DNA from: Candidatus Hermodarchaeum yapensis
GTDB taxonomy: Archaea > Asgardarchaeota > Hermodarchaeia > Hermodarchaeales > Hermodarchaeaceae
Reading direction: 5' to 3'
Length of the DNA: 64,000 nucleotides
Assembly: GCA_016840405.1 (NCBI GenBank)
Contig: JAEOSK010000001.1
Coordinates: 1-64,000 of the forward strand
The notes under the pieces were generated by a model, which did no database searches, was not told the origin of the DNA, and saw only the letters and a program-made list of their open reading frames with translations. Of the stretch, positions 29,941 through 39,686 are shown in pieces; within the stretch, counting starts at the first letter, position 1; every line of letters begins with the position of its first letter. The translations under genes were made by a program, and so were the position numbers.

Positions 29941-30092
29941 GCCGGTGTGGGGCAGCGGTACAATTTTGAAGAAACCAGATACCTCAAACTCCTCATAGGC
30001 AGAATCCTCCCAAGGAGGCCTCAGGCCCGAGTCGTCCTCGCCCTCCAAAACATCCCTCCTCCCTCGGCTGCCCTTCCGGCATCATTTTTTTT
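29941..30092 (+). ncRNA. Candidate structured small RNA of unknown family
   Basis: GC-rich island in an AT-rich gap; closing stem GCCGG/CCGGC plus GGGCAGC/GCTGCCC; nine CCTC motifs; T8 tract at 30085-30092. Confidence 0.6.
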
Positions 30093-30146
30093 AGAAATCT
30101 AAAAGATGAGAATTCAAGCAAGCCAGAAAATCTCGGAAATTAAAAT

Positions 30147-30995
30147 TTAGGCAGCAGCTGGCTCAGCTAAGATGTTGTTTGAAATTGCAAATTCTAAAAC
30201 TTCGACGATTGCATATTCTGGAAGACCCAGAAGGAAGGCGATCGTTTTCACGTCTCGTTTTCCATCAACGAGGAAAAGGACATCTCTTGCATAAGGACCA
30301 AATTTCTCGAAGAGTGTACCGCCCACAGGGGAACCCTTGTCTAAGGCTGCAAGGAGGGCGTCACCACCTTGCGGTACGAAAGTAAGATCTATTCGTCCTT
30401 CTGATGGTGTGGGTGGTGGGGGAGGTGGTTCAACGGCTTCGACGGGTGGTGGTTCTATTGGCGGTGGCATTGCTTCTTCAACAGGTGGGGCTTCTGTTGA
30501 TTCGGGGGGTGGGATTGGCTCTACCGATGGAGGAGGAGTTGGTGGTGGGCTTGTCTCAGGGGGTGTTTCAACTTCTGGTTCGGGCGGAGGGGGTGGAGGT
30601 GTCGGGGTTGGTGTAGGTGTTGGTGCGGGGGTTGGTGTAGGTTCAACAGGTTTTACTGGCATGGTCTTTAGTATGTTTAGATCAAGTTCGCGAAGTGCAA
30701 GCAGTGTTGCCTTGGTTTTGACGACAGCAATTCCGAGTGAAAGGTTGGGTGGAAATAACACGGCGAGTAGCCAATTCTCTGCAATTTTTGATATTACTAC
30801 TAGCCCGGCTTCTGTGTTAACTGTCAGCTGGCTAATCTGTCCTTTGTAAAGGCTTACTGTCTGTGTGACCATGACCTCGGTGTCCGGGTCAAGGGTGCTT
30901 TGATAGACTATGTTGTCGGGTGATATGATACAGAATGCTTTGACCATGCGGTCGAATCGAAGATTGTCAAGTGCTCGCTGGACGTCCTCAACCAT
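30147..30995 (-). CDS. Roadblock/profilin-like N-domain, Pro-rich linker, C-terminal winged helix
   Basis: VKAFCIISPD..NLSLGIA; ~85-aa P/T/E linker; VLFLVDGKRDVKTIA. Confidence 0.7.
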   Translation of the reverse strand: MVEDVQRALDNLRFDRMVKAFCIISPDNIVYQSTLDPDTEVMVTQTVSLYKGQISQLTVNTEAGLVVISKIAENWLLAVLFPPNLSLGIAVVKTKATLLALRELDLNILKTMPVKPVEPTPTPAPTPTPTPTPPPPPPEPEVETPPETSPPPTPPPSVEPIPPPESTEAPPVEEAMPPPIEPPPVEAVEPPPPPPTPSEGRIDLTFVPQGGDALLAALDKGSPVGGTLFEKFGPYARDVLFLVDGKRDVKTIAFLLGLPEYAIVEVLEFAISNNILAEPAAA

Positions 30996-31074
30996 GGCTA
31001 ATCCTGTGCCTCCGAATGCGCAATGTAGCTATACGGTATTTAGAGTTAGCGCTCTAAAATCTTTGCGCCCTTGC

Positions 31075-32805
31075 TCATTCGGTCATATTGATGTTGACTT
31101 TCTCACCATTTTCGTCTACGAACCCGAATCCTTTCCGCTCCAATTGAATAATTGATTCTGGTTTTACATCTTTAATGGCGGCCTCTCCTCTTCCCTCAAT
31201 TATTTGAAGACTATCTGAATTGAGTTCACCCTTGATAAAAAGAACATTTGGAATCCTTAGTTCCACGGGCACCGTATCATCTGTAACCCATTGAATCTTC
31301 AATCCCGCCTGATCAAGTTCATCACCCGCAAAAACACAACTAATAGCCTTAACGGTCTTCTTTTCAACACGGAGATTGAATACGTGCTTTAGCCGAAAGA
31401 TGTCTCCTTTCTTTAGTCTAGCAGCATCTTGCCCATCAATAAACACACGATCTTCCACTGTAACCGTTCGTGTGCCGCGTTCAGCGAAATCAGGGTGAAA
31501 TGGAATGATAGCCTTTGTCGGTTTTCCATCTTCTATAATGACTGGTACCGGGGAAGTAACGCAATAATATCGACTAGCAATTGGGTCAACTAATCGACGA
31601 TTAATACCAATTAACACTGACCAGTCCAAGACTGGTTGTGCCACACTTAACCCCACTTCTCGTGTCATTTCCTTAATGGTCTCAGGGATAATTCCCCGTC
31701 GACGTAAGGCTAGAAGTGTAGTCAACCGAATATCGTCCCAACCACTGATGAATCCAGATTCAATTAATGGTCGAATCTTCCGCTTACTTACAGGACTTCC
31801 TTCAATAGCAAATCTTGACCATTCCTGGATGAGTGGTTGCGGAAATCCAAAGAGGTCCCGAATATAGGCTTGGAGTTCCCCTCGGGTAGCAAATTCATTG
31901 CTTCGCAGAACGTGGCTAATGCCGTTGCGGTGGTCCTCTAATGCATTCGCAAAATCATAGGTGGGCCAGAGACGGTACTTCTCCTTCTGAATCGGATGGG
32001 GATAATCAATTATTCGAAAGATGTTGGGATCACGCATCACTGCATTTGGATGGGTCATATCAATTCTGAGGCGACACACTATCTCTCCTTCAGCGTAGTT
32101 GCCATCAATAATTTTGTCCCAAATTTCAAGATTATCTTCACTCTTTGTTTGGCGATGTGAACATGCGGTTCCCGTGCGTCGACTTGCCTTAATATCGTCG
32201 GCTTCGCATGAGCAGAAGTAGGCTTCGCCCCGATTTAGTAATTCACGGGCTTTTTCATAAAAATAAGGCAGGTCATCGGAAACCTTGAGCTCTTTATCCC
32301 ATTCGATGTCCATCCATTGATAGCCATCTTTGAAGGCTTCGTAGTATTCTTCATGCACATTGCGTGGGTTTGTATCCTCAAATCGAAGAATTAACTGACC
32401 CTTGTATTTTCGTGCATAATACCAGTTAATGAACCCTGCGTAAGCATGGCCGATATGGGGGTATCCACTGGGTTCTGGAGGGAGTCGAGTGACTACCTTC
32501 CCCATCTTTGCTCCGACAAGTGATGGCAGTTTTTTTTCGTGGCTTTCCTTAGCCGATTCCAATAATTCCGGCGCAATTGATTGCAGCTCTTTAATCTGGT
32601 CAGTAAGGGGTATTTGGTTTATTTCATCCACAACACGATTCACTAGACTGGTGAGATCCTTTGCCTTTGTTCTAAGCTCTGGACGTTCAGCCAATAACTT
32701 ACCAATAACTGCACGGGCATTTGCCTTACCATCAAACTTTATGGCATTGGCTAAACTGAATTTGCGAATTGTCTGCTCGATGTTTGCGGCGTTAGTTTCA
32801 ATCAA
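31075..32805 (-). CDS. gltX: Glutamate--tRNA ligase (archaeal type)
   Basis: RLPPEPSGYPHIGH, RFEDTNP, WPTYDF, SKRK, WDD.RL.TL. Confidence 0.96.
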   Translation of the reverse strand: MIETNAANIEQTIRKFSLANAIKFDGKANARAVIGKLLAERPELRTKAKDLTSLVNRVVDEINQIPLTDQIKELQSIAPELLESAKESHEKKLPSLVGAKMGKVVTRLPPEPSGYPHIGHAYAGFINWYYARKYKGQLILRFEDTNPRNVHEEYYEAFKDGYQWMDIEWDKELKVSDDLPYFYEKARELLNRGEAYFCSCEADDIKASRRTGTACSHRQTKSEDNLEIWDKIIDGNYAEGEIVCRLRIDMTHPNAVMRDPNIFRIIDYPHPIQKEKYRLWPTYDFANALEDHRNGISHVLRSNEFATRGELQAYIRDLFGFPQPLIQEWSRFAIEGSPVSKRKIRPLIESGFISGWDDIRLTTLLALRRRGIIPETIKEMTREVGLSVAQPVLDWSVLIGINRRLVDPIASRYYCVTSPVPVIIEDGKPTKAIIPFHPDFAERGTRTVTVEDRVFIDGQDAARLKKGDIFRLKHVFNLRVEKKTVKAISCVFAGDELDQAGLKIQWVTDDTVPVELRIPNVLFIKGELNSDSLQIIEGRGEAAIKDVKPESIIQLERKGFGFVDENGEKVNINMTE

Positions 32806-32863
32806 CGAGAGCCCTACCCGGTTTTGGCTTAATGTTCAAGGCGTAGAGGTACACCAATACTTT

Positions 32864-33463
32864 TTACGATTTTGATGGGAGCGTATTTTCCTCCATTATT
32901 TCATGTATTATCCGTGGATCTAATGTGCTAAGCCATGAAATATGCCCAACTGTATATTCATGACTGGTCCCTGCTTGGATAACCTCAATAGCGTCAGCTA
33001 CTTCTTTCAGTGTCGCTTCCGTTGTATCTATCTCAAAAACCTTATCCCGTTTGTGACGCAAGAGCGCTTGCATTGTACATTCACCCAGAATTTCAGCTTG
33101 AACGTTTTCCAGAATCTTACTCTGCGACCATTGACGATTACTGAGTCTCTGGGTAAGGGTGATGGGGTTACATCGAAGCACCACCAAGAATTCAAGTATT
33201 TTTTCGGGTACTTCGTCTGCAAAATGGCCCACGATAACATAGGTTTTCGGGAATTCGCGAATGAGATTAATAAGGTACTGTTGTAGCTTTTCTGTATCCG
33301 CGATGAGAGTCTCACGCTTTAGATCTTCACCAAGTAAGAGCTGTTGTTCCTTGGCAAGGTGACTTAATTCAATAAGTGTGGCATTTAAGCGTTTAACCAA
33401 TAGCTGACCTATACCCGTTTTTCCTGTTCCAGGAGTTCCTGAAATCGCTATTACCGAGGGCAC
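32864..33463 (-). CDS. Adenylate kinase, AK6/Fap7 type
   Basis: SGTPGTGKT, VGH, VLRC.P..L..RL, KILENVQAE. Confidence 0.9.
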   Translation of the reverse strand: MPSVIAISGTPGTGKTGIGQLLVKRLNATLIELSHLAKEQQLLLGEDLKRETLIADTEKLQQYLINLIREFPKTYVIVGHFADEVPEKILEFLVVLRCNPITLTQRLSNRQWSQSKILENVQAEILGECTMQALLRHKRDKVFEIDTTEATLKEVADAIEVIQAGTSHEYTVGHISWLSTLDPRIIHEIMEENTLPSKS

Positions 33464-33586
33464 AAACGCTCACCAAATGTTCTCATATCTTTGAACTGCT
33501 ATTGTGATACAGTTCAATCTCTAGTAGGCTACTTGATAAGAATAGTGCCTAGATGTGAAAAATCTGCTTTTAGAATTTTTCTAAAA

Positions 33587-33802
33587 CTATGTGAGCACGG
33601 TCAGCTCAAAATATTGTTGCCGCTTCTCTCGTTCATAATCTTCTAAAGCAGCTAATTCCCGTTGGAGACGAATACGATGGGGGCCAGTTGATGCAGCTAT
33701 TGCTTGACGTAGGAGGCGTTTTTCTCGTCGGATATCCCGGTGCGGTGGGTCTTCTCTGGACCCAGAACTACGTCGAATGGGTTCAATACAATCGGTGCTC
33801 AC
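33587..33802 (-). CDS. Small helical hypothetical protein
   Basis: 71-aa ORF, GTG start, charged helix. Confidence 0.5.
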   Translation of the reverse strand: MSTDCIEPIRRSSGSREDPPHRDIRREKRLLRQAIAASTGPHRIRLQRELAALEDYEREKRQQYFELTVLT

Positions 33803-33878
33803 GTATCTTACACCGACTAAAACCTCGAAAGCTACTATTTAAAGTCAGAGAGGGTTCCAGATAAGTGAAATAGACTTC

Positions 33879-34565
33879 CTAGTCCTCTTCTGTAACTTGA
33901 TATCTGGTTCCACCCACAAAACTCTTTTTTTGCGCCACCATTTTTTTCGCCATCAGCGAGTTCAAGGCTATTGTTACCCGTGCTTGTGACCATTGTGTCG
34001 TGAGCATAATTTGTTCCAAGGTAACCTTGCCTCCTTTCCTCGCTGCAATATCGAGAATCGTTGCGGCATCTTCACTGAGGAACTCATCATGCATCCGAAC
34101 CAATAACGTACCTTGAATTTCGCTAACCTGCACCATTTCGTCTTTTTCAAGTTGTTTGAGGGCTTTTTGAAATTCCTTATTGGAAAGCTGATTGAAACGA
34201 TCAGTTTCGTGTATTCGAGAGTACAGATCAGCAGCCGACATTGTACAATCTTGGATTCCACTCTTCCGTTCTTGGGCGAGTAAATGCACGATTTGTTCAG
34301 GGAGTGTTTGAGGTGTTTGAACTTCGATGTGGAACTCTTCCTTCAATTGCTGGAGACGTGAATCTGCATCAGAAAATAACGGTGTCTTTGAGGGGGCCTG
34401 GTCATTAATAGCTTCAAGTCGAGAACGTAGTTCAGTATCCTTGATCGGTTCACTCTCGGACGTTTTCTTTTTCAGACGCTTTGTATATCGCCGAAAGGCT
34501 TCGTCAAGCTCACTGTTATCATCTTGTTCAGAGGGCATAATTGTAGCATCCCATTGTCGGTTCAT
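33879..34565 (-). CDS. ESCRT-II Vps22/Vps36 (EAP30)-like tandem winged-helix protein
   Basis: LSEDAATILDIA..GGKVTLEQI...QWSQARV..ALNSL..KKMV; preceding wHTH MSAADLY..KALKQLEK. Confidence 0.7.
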   Translation of the reverse strand: MNRQWDATIMPSEQDDNSELDEAFRRYTKRLKKKTSESEPIKDTELRSRLEAINDQAPSKTPLFSDADSRLQQLKEEFHIEVQTPQTLPEQIVHLLAQERKSGIQDCTMSAADLYSRIHETDRFNQLSNKEFQKALKQLEKDEMVQVSEIQGTLLVRMHDEFLSEDAATILDIAARKGGKVTLEQIMLTTQWSQARVTIALNSLMAKKMVAQKKSFVGGTRYQVTEED

Positions 34566-34624
34566 TTAATCTAAGAAGTGTCGCACTTTTAAAGCCTCGG
34601 AGCTGCTCTTATCTTTAAGATGGG

Positions 34625-35062
34625 GTGGCAGGTTTGATTGAGAAATGCCCAATGCTCCTGTCAACAAATGTGGGTTCACAACATCTACGGAAATCAGACA
34701 AATTCCTGCTTGTCGGTTCATGTGTCCTCAATGAGCATCCCGAACTCTTCAAACGATATGCGCAAAATCGTGTTTGCCTCCAAGTGTGCCTTGAAACCTT
34801 CCACATGAATATGGCTGAAACCAAACTAGCTTGTATGATACACGTTCACAAACCCACTGAATTACTTGTTCTTACTGTAGACGGGTCACCCCATTGTCTT
34901 CAACTTCACATCCTCGCCGAGGACATGAACCGCTACTTCAACCACGAACTAAAAATTGAGCACATAGTAATCGAACAGGGAATACCCCATACTATTGAGA
35001 GTAATGCTGTGAAGACAGCCCGACATCTACACAAAATTCAACGTCTTTTAAATCCAGGTTAG
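34625..35062 (+). CDS. Stand-alone Cys/His domain resembling the C-terminal part of Fe-S oxidoreductases
   Basis: LLVGSC, VCLE..H, TVDGSPHC.QLH. Confidence 0.7.
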   Translation: MAGLIEKCPMLLSTNVGSQHLRKSDKFLLVGSCVLNEHPELFKRYAQNRVCLQVCLETFHMNMAETKLACMIHVHKPTELLVLTVDGSPHCLQLHILAEDMNRYFNHELKIEHIVIEQGIPHTIESNAVKTARHLHKIQRLLNPG

Positions 35063-36442
35063 TCGTCGGATTCTGACAGTTTCTAGTGGCACCTGAAAAG
35101 GTGTTCCAAGTTGGGTCGAATCAGAAGAAACTAATGGGTACTGAACAGAAGTACTTGTTTCTTTCAACTCAAAATATGAATTTTGAAAGACATGGTGCTT
35201 ACTTGGTGTCTTTGGCATATACAGCGAAATCGCAGGCCCTGGACCTGGTGTGGAATTTACTTCAACCCAAACTTGTGGGAAAGAAAAGTAAAGATTCGTA
35301 ACATTAAGCCAAACATCCTCATCGCGGTCTGTGTGAACAGAAATATCCGAAAACGGATAATACAAGGGTTGCGGATCGTTTCGCAATGTTTCGCCTGATT
35401 GTAAGAAATATTCATTCCCAGGCGTAGTAAGATCAAGAAGAATAAATGATGAATTCGTGAAGGCTGTGACATTCAAATCAAAGATGTATCCATAGAAGTT
35501 GTCTTGTGACAACGAGATATCAAAGGGATCTTCGTTAAATTCAATATGGGTCGCATTATCGATGACATTGGGATAGGGGAGGGTTAAGTTAGCAGTTCGG
35601 CTACCAATTCGCTCCACATTAGCCAAGGTAATATTCGCCAATAGGGTGGATTCATTGTAGACCTGTTTAGGGAAGACAAGGCGGACTTTCCCATAATTGT
35701 AAACATTAGTACCGTCGGGGGGATTGTGGAAGGTTATGTTGCAGTGGACTATTGTTGGAGTATTGTAGATGAGCGTGCCGTTTTCTGGTGTGATTGAGAA
35801 GGTAAAATTGAACAGACTAGACATGTCATCTTGGGCGAGGAAGCGGTTCTGGCTACTGTTAAGGAAGTAGTCCCAGAAAACCGCCCAGTGTCCTTTCATT
35901 TCCTCATGTCCTATGGTTCTGGTCCCGTTATCCTCAAGGAGGAAGGTAGGATATATGTCATTCAAAATATATTCATAACTATCCGATTCAACATTTGGCA
36001 CAATATTGTACGCGTTGCCAAAATAATCATAGTAAACACTCAAATCAGGAAAGGTGAAGTTCACCTGAGATTCTCCAAAGTCACGGGTTATGGTGAGATT
36101 TAGAGGCATTTCTCCAAGTTGTGTACCTGCACCATAGCGGCCATGCATATACAGCACATTTACAGAACCGTTTTCACCGATGTAGACGTAAAAGGTGTCC
36201 TCTTGGAGAATATGAACCGTACCTAATTCTGGTTCAGGTGGTTCAGGTGGTACTCGCGGTATGAGAATCCACGCGGCTACGATAATTACAATGAGAAGGC
36301 TGACCACAAGGCCATAAGTCACACTTCTTGGTGTACGGCGAACGCGATATCGTTCTCGGCGTTCCCGCTTCCGCTGGAGTTTTTCTGGAATACGTTCCAG
36401 TCGTTTCTCCTTGCGTTTTTTCTCCTTGCGTCGTCGTGACAC
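35048..36442 (-). CDS. Type II membrane-anchored surface glycoprotein with polybasic N-terminus
   Basis: R/K-rich 40 aa, one TM, many N-x-S/T sequons. Confidence 0.78.
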   Translation of the reverse strand: MSRRRKEKKRKEKRLERIPEKLQRKRERRERYRVRRTPRSVTYGLVVSLLIVIIVAAWILIPRVPPEPPEPELGTVHILQEDTFYVYIGENGSVNVLYMHGRYGAGTQLGEMPLNLTITRDFGESQVNFTFPDLSVYYDYFGNAYNIVPNVESDSYEYILNDIYPTFLLEDNGTRTIGHEEMKGHWAVFWDYFLNSSQNRFLAQDDMSSLFNFTFSITPENGTLIYNTPTIVHCNITFHNPPDGTNVYNYGKVRLVFPKQVYNESTLLANITLANVERIGSRTANLTLPYPNVIDNATHIEFNEDPFDISLSQDNFYGYIFDLNVTAFTNSSFILLDLTTPGNEYFLQSGETLRNDPQPLYYPFSDISVHTDRDEDVWLNVTNLYFSFPQVWVEVNSTPGPGPAISLYMPKTPSKHHVFQNSYFELKETSTSVQYPLVSSDSTQLGTPFQVPLETVRIRRLTWI

Positions 36443-36642
36443 CGCGAACTTCCTGCCGCGCTAGGCGCATCGTCGATAATGCTTCCCGTATTTCAACCTT
36501 ACGGCTTGGGAAATCAACAACCTGGTTGTTCGGAAAAATTCTCTTCCCGTTCCTTTCATCAGAAACTTTAAATGATTCATAGTGAACTGAGGTCGCGCCA
36601 TCCAAGATTATGATTAAGCTGTCTTGAGGTGTGGTGGTTCAA

Positions 36643-37023
36643 ATGTCAAAGAAAAAAGCTCCCGAAGAAAAGGTTCCTAAAGATGAGGCTCCCGAAGAAG
36701 CTGAACCTCAAGAATCGATAGAAGAAGAACCCGTCGTTGAGGTTCCTGAAGAAGTAGTTACTGACGTTGATGAGGAACCCGAAGAAGAAGAGAAGCCCAA
36801 ACGCAAGACAACAAAGAAGACGCGGGCAAAATTAACAGTGCTTCAAGCCGCAATTTTTGAAACGATTCGGGAACGCCCACAGCGACCTCGAGCCATCCAA
36901 ACAATCATCCGTAGTGCTGGTGGAGTAGATATTCCCCGCAATGAAATAATTCGATCTCTCAATGAACTACGGGATAAAGGGCTTGTTGATAAAGTGACAG
37001 CTAAAGCTTGGCAAGCGAAATAG
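36643..37023 (+). CDS. Protein with acidic N-terminus and C-terminal winged helix
   Basis: E/P-rich segment, then LTVLQAAIFE..IIRSLNELRDKGLV. Confidence 0.7.
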   Translation: MSKKKAPEEKVPKDEAPEEAEPQESIEEEPVVEVPEEVVTDVDEEPEEEEKPKRKTTKKTRAKLTVLQAAIFETIRERPQRPRAIQTIIRSAGGVDIPRNEIIRSLNELRDKGLVDKVTAKAWQAK

Positions 37024-37039
37024 AACACCACGCGTTCCT

Positions 37040-38572
37040 TTATTTTCGCCCTTTTAGTTCGGCAAGCGCGCGTTCAGCAATGTTCATTGCTTTTTGATAT
37101 TTCTTCTCCGTTTTCTCTAATTCGGTCTGCAATTCACGAACCCGAACAGCTAGTTTATTATTTTCTCCTCGAAGTTCTCGGAGTTTTTGTTCAGTTGCTT
37201 GGAGTTCTGAACGTAAGGTATGGACTTGTTGTGGCGCTTGTCCTTCAGAGGCATCGGCTGTTAGGTGTTTGAACCGCTCTACTGCTGCTTTAATGCGTCC
37301 AGCAAAATCAGTTCGCAGGCGAATGCGTCGTTTCTCTAGCTCCTCTAATGTCTGACGTTCTGCAAAATCAAGAGGATTAAAACCGGTAGCGCCATGTGTA
37401 GTCTCACGGATGCGAACATCAAGGAAAAGAGGTACCTCAACAGCATCTCCTGCTACAACTGCTTGTCCAGTATCAAGGCGTTGTATGTCTTCAACCCAGT
37501 CTTTGGAGAGCCCCTCTGTGCTAGAGACTGTAATATCAACATCGCGGACATCAGTGAGTTGGTGAATAATCCACGTTCCCACCTGACTCCGTACAGTCGT
37601 GTCAAGCAATTGCGGTTTTTGTGTGATTACTACTAAATTGGCAGCGAATTTTCTCCCTTCTTGGGCTATTAGTCGCATCATCCCCGTTGTTGCGGCTTTT
37701 CCGCGATTTGGCGCTAAAAGATGGGCTTCATCGACAAAACAATAAAAGGGCGGAATTTCGCGGTTCACAGCTGCTTGATAGAGGTTATTCAAAATTTCTT
37801 GTGATAATGCTTCTTGTATTCCTAAGTCTAATCCTCGGAAGTTGATGATTGTTCCTTGGCCCGACACAATGAGGTCTTTCGGATGTGTTCCGAGGATTGC
37901 TTCGATTGGAAGATCAGCCCCTGGATTAGCATGCAAATCTGCAAACTCTATCACACTCAATTCGAAACTCCGTGGCTTCACACCGAACCTTTCATTGCCT
38001 TCCTCGGCTGGAATTTTTAGACTTGAATATTCTCCATGGCGATCTAAGACTACAATTGGAATACCTTTCTTCAGAAATTCTTCCATGATGACTGCAGTTG
38101 TGTAGCTCTTACCGCTTCCCGTTTTTCCAACAATAAATAAACGTCCTAAACGTTTCACGGGGAGACGAACTGGCACTGTATGGGCAGATAGGTGACCAAC
38201 ATACGCTGATTCTTCCTCTGAAATGTCAATGCCTATTGCCGTGCTCACAATCCGCGGGGTCGCTTTGTAGATCCTCATCTCAGGATTAAACGGTGTTCGT
38301 GGCATTGGACCTACAACGCTACACTGTCCAATCGTTTTTCCCTTCTCTCTCCAAAGTTCTTTACAAAGGAGCAGATATTCTTCGCCCTGATGAGTTATGG
38401 AAAGAAAGTCGTTTCGACCTACATCTCCCTGTTTTGTTACTTGTATCCGAAGTGTGTGAGTAGTTGTTTTTCCAATAATTGCAGCAACTGGTTCTATCTC
38501 TTCAGAATCCGGAGGGACTGCTATTGACTCTTCATCGTTCTCCGATGGTTCATTAGGTGGTTCTGAAGGCAT
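37040..38572 (-). CDS. HerA/FtsK-family (DUF87) ATPase with C-terminal coiled coil
   Basis: GKTGSGKS, DRHGEY, VDEAH, EGRKF, TQKP. Confidence 0.88.
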   Translation of the reverse strand: MPSEPPNEPSENDEESIAVPPDSEEIEPVAAIIGKTTTHTLRIQVTKQGDVGRNDFLSITHQGEEYLLLCKELWREKGKTIGQCSVVGPMPRTPFNPEMRIYKATPRIVSTAIGIDISEEESAYVGHLSAHTVPVRLPVKRLGRLFIVGKTGSGKSYTTAVIMEEFLKKGIPIVVLDRHGEYSSLKIPAEEGNERFGVKPRSFELSVIEFADLHANPGADLPIEAILGTHPKDLIVSGQGTIINFRGLDLGIQEALSQEILNNLYQAAVNREIPPFYCFVDEAHLLAPNRGKAATTGMMRLIAQEGRKFAANLVVITQKPQLLDTTVRSQVGTWIIHQLTDVRDVDITVSSTEGLSKDWVEDIQRLDTGQAVVAGDAVEVPLFLDVRIRETTHGATGFNPLDFAERQTLEELEKRRIRLRTDFAGRIKAAVERFKHLTADASEGQAPQQVHTLRSELQATEQKLRELRGENNKLAVRVRELQTELEKTEKKYQKAMNIAERALAELKGRK

Positions 38573-38793
38573 GGCGATTACCTCATGTGTGTAAAGGCTT
38601 TGAAAGCACACCCTTATAGACTTCGTGGGTTCTCATAGCGATTCTCTTTTTTGACGATTTTCTCGCACAAAGACCGAATCAAATTTGAAGAAACCAACTA
38701 GAATAGTACAAACCCTACGTGAATGTGTTCAATCCAATAAAGCAACAGAACACTTTTTTCCTCTTTTACATAGTTTGATAGGAGGGTTTCATC

Positions 38794-39429
38794 GTGTCAA
38801 CAGAGATTCCAATCGGGGAACTATCACCTAGTCTTGCCTTCGGTGCTGCTTATTTTTGCATTTCCTCAATAGGCACAAGGCTCAACCATATCGCTGAAAC
38901 TTACACCGGAGAAGGGTTCTTTGGTACCGCAACGGTTTCCTTTCGGATGCCGAATACGGATCAGCGTCTGGAAGCCACACTTTTGGTTGATTCAAAAGAA
39001 CCTGTGGTTAATCTTGAAATTTCTGGTGCTGACGAAGAAAAACTCCCTGGATACCTCAACGAAATTTCACAACGAATCACTGAGACAATAGAACGGTTTA
39101 GCATTGTCCCGGGCGTCAAACTCTCTCATGCCTCAAAAGCCGTTGTTGTAGAACGTAAAATTGACGAGGCACTTCACCAACTCCTCACTGATCCTGATTA
39201 TCAAAAAGTATACGTCAAAGTTGCTGATGCTCGTGAACGCCTAATTCGGATTGGTGGTGACTTTCAGCCGGCTACTCTGGAAATGGGCGCTATCCTCGAA
39301 CCTCTCGCTGGAAAATCTGGACCCATCCCGTCTGAGGAACATGAAGAGCTGGCACTAAACCTCCTTCGCTGGAAAAAGGAAATAAAGAAAGTCATCAACC
39401 AGCTGACGACTGAAACTGACGAAGAATAA
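38794..39429 (+). CDS. Hypothetical protein
   Basis: 211-aa ORF with GGAGG upstream. Confidence 0.72.
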   Translation: MSTEIPIGELSPSLAFGAAYFCISSIGTRLNHIAETYTGEGFFGTATVSFRMPNTDQRLEATLLVDSKEPVVNLEISGADEEKLPGYLNEISQRITETIERFSIVPGVKLSHASKAVVVERKIDEALHQLLTDPDYQKVYVKVADARERLIRIGGDFQPATLEMGAILEPLAGKSGPIPSEEHEELALNLLRWKKEIKKVINQLTTETDEE

Positions 39430-39441
39430 TTTCTCACGCCG

Positions 39442-39666
39442 TCAGGTGCTATACCGCCACTTATCGATTTTCTTATCCTTCTTGGTTTGCTTCTTGAAGA
39501 GTTTATAGTGTTTCTGGCACAAATACGCACGCCGAGATCGTTCATCTTGAAAGACAACACCCTCCGATTGAAGGGCTTCCCTAACCTTAGTTAGGGCAAA
39601 AGAACGCATGGCTTTTTCATTGCATCCATCCACACTACACTCGGATCCTTGCTTCACTTTACCCAT
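39442..39666 (-). CDS. Small basic Zn-binding protein
   Basis: CSVDGC...RAYLCQKHYK. Confidence 0.75.
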   Translation of the reverse strand: MGKVKQGSECSVDGCNEKAMRSFALTKVREALQSEGVVFQDERSRRAYLCQKHYKLFKKQTKKDKKIDKWRYST

Positions 39667-39686
39667 CTAGTCACACTCCACAAAGA

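Noticed and set aside
29941-30084. tRNA (5' end resembles tRNA-Met), SRP RNA or RNase P RNA
   Set aside because: No T-arm or proper anticodon arm; too short for archaeal SRP or RNase P RNA and lacks their conserved motifs. Kept as an unknown ncRNA.
30337-30849. Gly-rich plus-strand ORF or tandem repeat
   Set aside because: Mirror of the Pro-rich linker of the minus-strand gene.
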